A stretch of 64,000 nucleotides of DNA. Source: Octopus sinensis (Eukaryota). The DNA lies in NCBI RefSeq assembly GCF_006345805.1, contig NC_043004.1, forward strand, positions 82,460,001 through 82,524,000, given 5' to 3'. The stretch's first letter is position 1, and each line of letters starts with the position of its first letter. The notes under the pieces are model-generated. The model was given only the letters and a program-made list of their open reading frames with translations, did no database searches and was not told the origin of the DNA. Positions 53,540-64,000 of the stretch are shown in pieces. A program made the position numbers and the translations under genes.

Positions 53540-55095
53540 CTGATCAATAAGAATCTAGACTGTTGCCATAGTAACGAAGTTAAAGCACGCCGAGTGAAGA
53601 TCCCATATATAGAGCGTTGGTTTGCCGAAACGGCACATTGCTTCCCCTTCGTTATCCTTACTGAAACTCACCTAAACAGCACACATATGGATGCCAAGGT
53701 GAAAATAAAAGATTTCACCATCGTCCATGCAGATCGCACAGACCGAAATAAAGGGGGACCGCCATCTTTCTCTATGATTCCTTTTCAGCTGAGGCCAAAG
53801 ACATATTTTCCAATGGCTATTGTGAATCTATATCACTATTCAACAAGACCAAAGACATAATCATTGTTGGTCTTTACAGGCCTCTCCAAACACCTCTAAA
53901 GTGCTTTGAAGAGTGCCTCAACAAAATCAAGTCCATCTTCCAGAAATACAACTCCAGAAACATATTAGTGATGGGTGATTTTACGCTCCCTCATATAAAC
54001 TGGCCCACAAATACTCTGAAGATAGGCAGATGCTCTATATCAGATAAAGCAGTAGCAGAATTACTCTTTAATGTAATGGATAAATTCTTCCTGGCTCAGC
54101 TAGTGCTCGAACCAACAAGACAGAATAAAACGATCTTGGATCTAATATTAACCAACCACTTTACCTCCGTTCACAGTATTTCAGTTAAAAAAACTGTCCT
54201 CTCAGACCGCGACATGGTACTTTGCAATTTTGATTCCCGGAATATCAAAACCAAACCAGCCAATCCCACTCCACGGCACTCATTAGACAACATAAACTTC
54301 CACATAGCGGACTGGGAAGCAATCAGAAAGGATGTATACTTCATCGACTGGTCTTTCACTCTCAGTTCCACTCACATTGACACTGCATGGCAACACTTTG
54401 AGAACATTGTCACATATACATGCTCAAAACACGCTCCTACGAAATCCACTAACACAAACAGAAACAGGCTTCCTAAAAAGAAAAAAAAAACACTCATCAG
54501 GCGCATCAAAAGGCTCAATAAAAAAAAATCAACCAATTAAAATACTCCCACATACAGCATCCACATTCAATAATAAAGAAATGGCTGGAGTTTGAAAAAC
54601 TTCATCTGCAGACCGACATGAAAATCTCCACTGAAAATCAAAGAGCTGCGGAGGAACAGTGTGTAATCAAAAACATCAAACAGAACACAAAAGTGTTCTA
54701 TTCTTATGTAAATAAGCAGAGGACCGCTGTCGCACACATTGGACCATTGATCGATGATAACGGCATTCCCCAATAAGATGCTAAAGAAATGGCAGAAATA
54801 CTGCAGAAACAATTTTGCTCTGTCTTTAGTGATCCCACTGATATTGACGTAAGAGAAGAGAACAAAGTTGATTCCCCACATAAAATCTCAGACATAACCT
54901 TCACTACATTTGACATCATAGCACCAATAAATGAGGTCAAATACTATTCTGCTGTAGGCCCCGATAGATTCCCCGCTAGTCTTTTGAACGAATGTAGACA
55001 CCAAATTACAATCCCTCTGACCAAGTTCTGGAGACATTCTTTAGATTCAGGTTATATACCGAAACAGCCCCTATCCCAGTTTGTCATTCATAAAA
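53540..55095 (+). mobile_element. Degenerate CR1/L2/Jockey-group LINE: APE endonuclease to the start of RT
   Basis: ILTETHL, DRNKGG, MGDFTLPHINW, PTRQNKTILDLILTN, SDRDMV, NTKVFYSYVNK and AVGPDRFPA motifs across frameshifts. Confidence 0.85.
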
Positions 55096-55335
55096 TTAAT
55101 CAAATATAAACACCAGTCATACAGAATACATTCACACTCTTTAATTTTTCCTATACCTTCCTTCTACTACCTTGATGCTGCCCTTGAATTATCTCAACGG
55201 ACAATTTCTTCCGCTTTCATCCAATCTGGCGTCCTCCCCTATAAATAGACATTTTTTATCATTATTTTTATGGGCTCCTAGTGAGCAGTCGTCGAAAAGC
55301 TTGTTGTGCATTTTGTTGGAGAATTAAGTTCCTGG

Positions 55336-55421
55336 ATTTTCCTGAAGAGAAAGCTGCATAATGGACTCCTTATTCACTCGGAATTAGGGACTTTGCAGAC
55401 TTCGAAACATATGTCGAAAAT
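55336..55421 (+). ncRNA. Type I hammerhead ribozyme
   Basis: ATTTTC-CTGAAGA-GAAAGCTGCA...TGCAGACTTC-GAAAC-ATAT-GTC-GAAAAT. Canonical CUGANGA/GAAA core, GUC triplet and 6-bp stem I. Confidence 0.75.
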
Positions 55422-55641
55422 AAAATAAAGGAATTTTGTTAAATATTCGTTCAGCTCCATTCTTTCCTATACTTAATATATAAAACTTCAAATTTCCGCA
55501 CTAAGGCACGGATTTTATGCCCTATGGTCGTAACTTCAACCGTGCCCTTTCTGTTGTGAGTTTGCTATCCAGGTATCGGTTATCTTTCGAATTATCCGTA
55601 ATAAGATAATTCATTTGTCTACTTATATATATATATATCTA

Positions 55642-55783
<142 letters not shown>

Positions 55784-56229
55784 TATATAAATATGTATAT
55801 ATATATATACGTGTGTATTTGAATTGTGTGTGTGTATAACGTTCTTGAATGGAATAGTTTACACATACATAAATATATACAGCTAATACACACACAGATA
55901 TACGCATTTATATTAGAGTGCTTCCGAAAAAGCTCCTGGCTTAGATAAAAGAAAAACACGATGGAATCGATTATGATTTCCTTCAACATAGTTCCCATTG
56001 CAGCAGTGCTTCAGTGTCTCCAAGACCTGTAAAAGAACTCGGAATTTCGGGCTCTTCGCGAAACCCTTAAAGCGAGAATATTTTTATCACCCCACCGCAT
56101 ATACAAGTATAAACACACGAACAGACACACATACACACATATACGCGCATCCACACACAAACAAAGACACATACAAACAACACACCACGCACACACAAGC
56201 ATGCATGTATTCATATATATATGAATAAA

Positions 56230-57650
56230 AAATGGAGTTAACGCAGGTTTAAACAAGTATTTTTACTTTCGACACATGTTTCGAAAATTCCACTGATACT
56301 TATTCAAAAGAATAAAAGGTATAAACAATGCAATCTTCTCTTCGGGAAAGTGAAAAAACGAAACTTGTCAATACGACATTTTAGGAAAAAATGATGGATT
56401 TGTATAGCGATAGACAGAACGCTATTAATATTGTTTAAAAAAACGTTATATGATATAACGTCATAAGTAGCTAACAGAAAGAGTAGGGATATTAATAGTG
56501 AATGTTAAATATAAAGGAAATTAAAGTTTAAATTATATATAATGATAGAGACTACTTATATGCACTAAATGTATGTTTCTGCCAATGCTTACGTCTGTAT
56601 GCTCGTTCTATAACCGTGTTTACTAGAGTATTTTTAGAAAAAATAATGAAAAATAGCTCAGAATCGCAGAGAAGACAGAATTTCTTGCCTTTGTCATATG
56701 GTATCGAAATTGAGAGGATTAACCATTCTAAATGAAATTGTTCATTGTGGTCTTTTAAATCCCAAATCAGTTTGCTGAGACCGGTACTATTCCGTTTATT
56801 TCTATCCCTAAATGTTGAGTAATGGATAGAAATTCTTTTAGATAACTCTAACGATGTGCTTCCAATGTAAAATCGTACTTTATTACGAGTACTGATTATA
56901 CACTGGTATATAGAATTTTTAATCTTAGAGTTACTTGACATAAATTTAATTCTATTGGAATTGACTTCGGATACAATAACCTTGTTATTAATATTTCTAG
57001 AGGGTTGGATGGTATTAGCTAAATTAATGTTAGTATTAGTAAATGTATTAATATTTAACAGTTTGTTATTATGAGAAGATATAATTTGCAAGAGATTTTT
57101 TGTGTTTGAAAAACCTATCCTAACCTTATGTGAATTAATTATAGAATAATATCTAGAATTGTTTGGAAAATTCCTAGCAATAGCTTGACGAAACAGCAGT
57201 GGGAGATTAGATTTAATTTGTCTCCCGTAAGGAATTATTAACCAAATATTTTTACTAGTATTCATAGCGTAATTACTTTTGAAGGTGTTATATTTACTTT
57301 TAGATCGATAATAGGGGATTAAATAAGGGTTATCTGCCTTCATTCGCTTTGTATCGGTGCGTAAGTTATGTTTGTTATCAATAATTCTTTTACGACTAGA
57401 AATCTTATCTACATTATTGAATTTACAATTAGACTGAGCAGAAACAATGTAGAAAAATTTTTCTGTATAACCTGCTTTGATTAAGGCAGAGTTATAGAAT
57501 TCAGCGTCATTATTGAAAATATCAACATTAGCAGATAATTTAGATAATCTAAATGAAATATTCTTAACTAAATTCTTAGTAATTGCTCCAGGATGATTAC
57601 TAAATTTGCTAATGTACTTAACATTGGTCAACGGTTTATGATATTATTCA
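56230..57650 (-). mobile_element. 5'-truncated Penelope-like element (thumb/linker plus GIY-YIG, 359-aa open frame 56552-57631)
   Basis: YISKFSNHP...RLSKLS...YNSALIKAGY, WLIIPY, IYQC...FYIGST...LSKLIWDLK...CLLCDSE. Confidence 0.85.
56265..56351 (-). ncRNA. Hammerhead-like motif with CCGAAGA (U4C) core, 3' of the Penelope ORF
   Basis: ACTTTC-CCGAAGA-GAAGATT...AATTTTC-GAAAC-ATGT-GTC-GAAAGT. Confidence 0.6.
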
Positions 57651-57787
57651 AAATATTCAAGGTAAACACGAAGTTTCAACCTTTATAAACAAGGAGTTAC
57701 AACATCTTTACTTGTGTGATTTTTGCTGCCCTGGTAACTATTTATTTATTTTTCCGTGTTAATTGTTAACAAAGTAAAAATACATTC

Positions 57788-57867
<80 letters not shown>

Positions 57868-57984
57868 ATTTGTGTATATAATTAGTTAAATTAAGTTATA
57901 TTCTTAGTAGCGAAATTATCAATACTGGGGTGGGGGTGGGGAACAAGAAGATAATGGAGAATAATCTGATCTAATTATTAAACT

Positions 57985-58383
57985 ACTAGCAGTATCGCCC
58001 GGCGTTGCTCGGGTTTGTAAGGGAAATAACTATATAAGCATTTTTAGAGAGTTATAGCAAAAAATAGCAAAAAAATGCATTAAAGATGGAAAAAAAATGA
58101 TGGTAAATTTTTTAAAAACTCGTTGACTCATAGTAGACATTTTTAGAGAGTTACTTCCTTTATATAATAGCGAACAAAATGCATTAAAATGGAAAAAATG
58201 ATGGTAAATTATTTTTAAAATCGTAGACTCATCGTAGACGCGCGCTAATACCCAGAAGGGCTCGATATGAATCACGACTATAGGATACCCGGTCTTGGTT
58301 AAACTGCACCGCAAAATGTGGGAGTAGTTAGGAATCTAAATCGTAGGAGACAGACACACAACTTCACTTTTATATATAAAGAT
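57985..58383 (+). mobile_element. Helitron/Helentron-like family Y copy
   Basis: High similarity to 30850-31247. Confidence 0.6.
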
Positions 58384-58897
58384 TTGTATGTTACAAAAAT
58401 ATGACATTAATTAAAAAACTACAAATAAATAGATAAGAAGTTATAAACTCACACAAAAGTGAATAAAAATTTAAAGTAAAAATAAAAGAACCTATATGTG
58501 ACTGTGTGATAATTAACTTGCTTAGCAACAACATGGTCCCTGTTTCAGTCCCACTGCGGTGCACCTTGGGCAAGTGTCTTCTAGTATAGCCTCGGGACGA
58601 CCAAAGCCTAGAGAGTGGATTTGGTGGACGGAAACTGAAAGAAGCCTGTCTTACATATATATATATATGAATATATATATATAGGCTTCTATCATTCTCC
58701 GTGATAGATCGCTAGTTACTACACATCTTATAGTTTCTCTCGTTGATTCTTTCTGTTTTCCTTTTCGTGGAAGGGCGTAGGCTCGAAACGTTAAAGACTT
58801 TTTCACTTCCAGTGCGTTATACTAATACATCTGTTTATGGTCTACACCACCTGTCTTCGTCTTTTGCTTTTTTGTGTGAATTCTCCCTATATATATA

Positions 58898-58980
<83 letters not shown>

Positions 58981-59092
58981 TTGATCATCGGTATATTATT
59001 GCTATTTTAATTTTAATTTTCTATTATATGTAATTTTCTAGAGGGTGTAATTTAATTGTTCATTTTGAATTGATAACATGTGTCTTTTTCTA

Positions 59093-59140
<48 letters not shown>

Positions 59141-59215
59141 CAACAATAGCTGCTATTTCTAATGAGTTCAGTATGTGGCAAAGTAATTTATTTTACTAAA
59201 CCCTTTTATATAATG

Positions 59216-59268
<53 letters not shown>

Positions 59269-59361
59269 TATATATATATTACATTTTGTGAAATTTGATT
59301 TAGTATTTCTAAACAGAATTTTTCCCTGTAAGTTAGAAATTATATTCCCCCAAATAATTAT

Positions 59362-59438
<77 letters not shown>

Positions 59439-60071
59439 ACACACACACATTATATATATATATATTTTTATATATATTTATTTATATGTGAGTATTTGTA
59501 TTCTATGTTTGTACCCCCTCCTCAAACATCACTTGACAATTGATGCTGGTGTGTTTACGTCCCCGTAAATTAGCGGTTCGGCAAAAGATACCGATATAAT
59601 AATTACTTGGATTACTAATAATAAATCCTGTGGTAGGTTTGTTAGACTAAATGTGAGGCTCCAGAATGGCCGCAGTCAAATGACTGAGACAAATGAAAGA
59701 ATAAAAGAATATGTTTCAGTCCTATCGTCTAGTTGATGGGAAATCTAAAGCATTTTGTTTCATGCGAAGGAAGTTCCCACATTCTATCTGTATGATGGTA
59801 ATGGTAGGATTTCAACATCGCAATTTTTAAACCAATAAAAATCTATAATCCCCTCACAAGAATAATCTCCTACCCAGCTTACATGAATCCTAAAGATAGG
59901 TTTATTTTCCATAGGCGACCTCTAGTTATCCTTGAACATATATATATATATATAATCCTTTTATAATTAATTACTAAATTTTAGGGTAGCAAAAAATTCT
60001 AGAAAAATTCTCCGCTACCTGCGGTCCAGTGAGAAAGAAAAAATAGTCGATAGACTATGTAATATAGACTA

Positions 60072-60155
<84 letters not shown>

Positions 60156-61937
60156 GTAATATAAATAAAATAAAAATATATGCATATATATATACATATA
60201 TGTACATACCTACATAGATATGTATATATACATGCATATATGGCTACAGGGCATCAAAAAAACGTTGAACACGATGAGAAACGAAAGCAAAAACAAAAAC
60301 ATAGAAACGAACTTTTTTTCGAACAACGAAAAACAGACAGAGAAACAAGACATGGATCATGAATATTTCCCTTCTATAGTTGTCCCTGTTTCAACTACTC
60401 CACGGGTCGAAGGCAAGGACCAGACGTGACTTCGTTGAAACAGTACTTCCCGTAGGCAAATTAAATAAAATTTGGGATTTTTTGCGGAGGGTGAAAATGG
60501 AAACAAGAACAGGACAGTGAGAAAAAACAGTAAAAACAAACGGCGTGGGCTGTTAAACAAAGACGATAGAAAGATTATTATGAACGCTAGGAAGACGAGC
60601 TTATGAAGGAGACAGTATAAGTTCGTTTAATCTTTACGAACGTTGAGGGTAGAAAGTTAGATTCTCTTTTGTCACGTGTCGGCAGCGAGAGAGTTGAAAA
60701 GGAGGAGTGAGAGAGAGAGGGAATGATGAAGAGGAGAGGAGAAGAATAGGGAAGGGTGGGAGAGAAAACCAGAAAGGACGAAGAACAAGAGAGAGAGAGA
60801 GAGAGTTAGACAGAGAAGTGATAGTAAAATAGAAGCGTGCGCTTCGTAATTATTAAGATAAAACTTACTTGGAAAAGGGTGCGTGGCGTTCGATCATATA
60901 ATAATATAAATAATATATAAATATATTCGTATATACATACATATATGTACATACCTTCATATATATGTATATATACGTGCATATATGGGTAGAGAACATA
61001 AAAAAACGTTGAACACAATGAGAAACGAAAACAAAAACAAAAACATAGAAATGAACTTTTATATACTTGTTTCAAACAGATATATATATGTATATATATA
61101 TAAAGTTAATCCAAACAAGAAAACACACAAAAAAACACAGCAACGCGAGGACGTGGAACAAAGAAAGTATTATTGGACGCTCAGGAAAGAAAGGAAGAAG
61201 GAGGGTTTAACGTTTCGAGCTGAGCTCTTCGTCGGAAACAAAGGAAAGATCCCGAGAAGGGAAGACAAAGGAAAAAAAGTGCTGGCGGTGCTCACGAGGT
61301 CACATTTGTATATATATATATATATACAAATACAAAATCATACACACACACATTTTAAGAGAAATATCCGTATGTGAGAAAAATCTTATATAAAAGACAA
61401 ATCTTCTTTTACGTGGTAGACAAAGGAACTGCTCAATGCACATCTATTTGGAACAAACGCTTCATACAAAGCAAGCTAATGGGGAAGAATATAATATCGA
61501 TATTGTAATCTATATACTTGCGAAAATCAAATGAACATCAGAGTAATATCACACATAAAGTCATGTATGTATGTATATATATATATGTTTGTGTGTGTAT
61601 ATACGCACCGATATTGTTGATTGAATATATAAATCATCTAGATTTATGTCTTAAGAAGCTTAGTGAGCAATATTCAAGTTGATATATATTTTAAATCCCT
61701 AGAAACAGATTTGAAATAATCCCTGTATACAAACAAACCGGGAGACATAATATACCAGGTTTATCCGATATCTATAGGTCTTCAATTTTTCTCCTATATT
61801 AAGCTGAGAGTGTTGCAAAGCCCTGTGCGTTACGAAAGAACTGGAAATAAAGTTTAACAAAAACAAGGCCTCTGTGGTTTATGTCAACGTGTTTAACTCT
61901 CTATAGAACTTGTGAGAAATATATTATTACACAAAGT

Positions 61938-62889
61938 ATGGAACTAAAAGAAACACGATTCTACAAAATATTACAATTTTATGGAAAAATTAATATTTGT
62001 AAGATATCACTTATGAACATATCACTGAAATCTCTCAAATGTAAAAATATCTGTATCTCTGCCTTTTACATCCTGTGTCGTGTATATATGATTACAAACC
62101 CCATTATATCTATGTATGCTATAATAGGATTGCTTCATAAATCTCATGAAAGATTTGTATTTATTTATTTATGCACTATTTTTTCAGTGTTTGCTCTCAC
62201 TCTACTGTCTGATCAAATTCTTCCGAAAATTTAAAGACGAAGAAATACTCGGAATATTTACTGAACTCAAAATTGAAAAAGCCGATGAAAAATTCTATAA
62301 CATTAACTTAATATTTTCTTTTATATCACTTTCTATAATTGTATTGCTGCCGCCAATTTTGCTCGCTCTCATGAGAATCGTTCTCACTATTCTCATGAAC
62401 TCTGTTTCGAATTCCTCAACAAAATATTTAAGCAGCATCGAAACTCGTGAATTTAATACTTCAGTAATTTGCACTTTATTTGATTGCATATTTTTTACGT
62501 GCTTACTCTATGATTGGTATATCAATATGGCAATTGGAACTGCACTGCAGTATGAGTTTAATAAAGTAGTGAGCGAGGCTGAGAAATACCTAAAAGAAAA
62601 GCATTCGAATACTTCGTATTTCTTTAAGAAATATAAAGAGATTCCAGAAATATGTAACTCACATAATACTCTGAGTAAAACATTGAATTTAGTAAATGAA
62701 TCATTTCAACTGACTTTGGGACTTATCGTACTCTTTAGTATTACTGGATGTTGTGTTGCTACGTATATAATTATAAATATTTCATACAAAATTATACTCA
62801 CTTATTAGGTTTCCATTATGTTTGTGGCTTCGTTGAACATGATTCTTCTGATCACAACGATGAAGATTGGAGTTCGTTTAAACAAATCG
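61938..62889 (+). pseudogene. GRL copy H, pseudogenised paralog of G
   Basis: MELKETRFYK start. A frameshift in an (ATTT)n run at ~62157-62173 is repaired by removing 4 bp, which restores collinearity with G. In-frame TAG at 62806-62808. Ends AAC AAA TCG|GTAAGT. Confidence 0.8.
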
Positions 62890-63649
62890 GTAAGTTATAT
62901 AATAATATATACTCGTTCTTTTTCTTCATTTCTATTTTACATATTACATCATAAAAGATGTCGAATATGTTATCCAAATTTCCTCGGAGTTTTAAATTTA
63001 TGTGATATCATCTACCGATATCCGTCTTGCATCTTTTGATTCCCAAATGTGAACATGAGATACAGGTAAAAAAATGGACAAAAATCTCTCATCATTACCA
63101 CCAGGTCTATTATTTCTACCACCATCTAATTTTCTTCTCATTCCATCATTCAGACACACTTTCTCTCTCTTTGACTTTGCAACAGTTCTTTGTGAAAGGT
63201 GTCAGGGATGCCACACAAGATCTCGCTTATCTAAGAAATGATGAGTGTTTGTGTGAATAGTTAAAAATCTGTTCACATGGACGCGCTATTGGCCAATGCT
63301 AGTAATGGTTTTATTTCTAGCAGACAATGTTACGATATTCTAAGAATTCAATAATAAGTGATCTCTTCAACAGAAATATTTGAAGACGTCGTTTAAAAAT
63401 TAATAATGCTCCACTGATGTTTTTGGATTTCCCAGAAGTTTTATTTTCTTTTTTGGGTCACGTATTTATTTCTTATTTCCTTATTTCTTTACTTCCTTCT
63501 GTTTTTTGTTTTTCTTTCTTTCTTCTGTTGAACCTGCTCTTCCTCGTCCTCTTCCTTCACCGAGTTATTCTACTAATTAAAAACAGCAACCACAAGAACA
63601 ACTAAATAAAAACTACCAACAACAGCAACAATAATAATCCTACTTAAAT

Positions 63650-63758
63650 CACTTTCAATACAGTCACCATAGGAGCACCGCAATAAACCATAACACTTAA
63701 CCTAGGCACACACAGCTCCGTTTTGTAGTGCAGTGAACGCGCGTGATAAAAAAAGCCA

Positions 63759-63765
<7 letters not shown>
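63650..63765 (+). mobile_element. 3' UTR end of an R4/Dong-like element followed by a (TAA)n tail to ~63950
   Basis: Homologous to the reverse complement of 1580-1690 (...GGCACACA.AGCT...GTAGTG.AGTGAA.GC.CG...A.TGAATAATAAT). Confidence 0.6.
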
Positions 63766-63817
<52 letters not shown>

Positions 63818-64000
63818 TGATGATGATAATAATAATAATGATAATAATAATAATAATGATAAAAATAATAATAACAATAATATTAATAATAATAAAAATA
63901 TAATAATAATAATTATGATAATAATAATAATGATAATATTAATAATAATATGAAGCCAAAGATTTACTAACAAAGATTTAGATTTACTAACAAAGAATTG

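Noticed and set aside
60160-61060. ~200-bp direct repeat about 730 bp apart, possibly LTRs
   Set aside because: No TG...CA termini, PBS or PPT seen; looks like a local duplication of Penelope-type terminal sequence.

Overview
AT-rich animal genomic DNA dense in (TA)n, (TACA)n, (TAA)n and (CTAT)n microsatellites and in SINE, Penelope, LINE, Helitron-like and piggyBac debris. The repeat families look like those of an octopus/coleoid cephalopod (inference from pattern recognition; no search run). The main content is a cluster of eight long exons encoding six-TM proteins with the loop motifs of the gustatory-receptor-like / 7TM ion channel family (GRL, Pfam 7tm_7). Five are close paralogs on the minus strand, made by 3.7-7.6 kb tandem duplications: A (5'-deleted), B (frameshifted, possibly by sequencing error) and C, D, E (intact). 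Three are divergent paralogs on the plus strand: F and G (intact) and H (pseudogene). Every copy reaches a phase-0 GTAAGT donor right after TM6. I found no exon encoding the pore-lining TM7 (TY...QF motif) between copies or anywhere in the window. The best hypothesis is an array of alternative 'variable' first exons spliced to shared C-terminal exons outside the window, as in Drosophila Gr28b/Gr39a. Secondary signals: TM2-TM4 hypervariability with gene-conversion-like mosaicism, two halves of a piggyBac whose TIRs enclose 16 kb including gene F, and several Penelope-associated hammerhead ribozymes.
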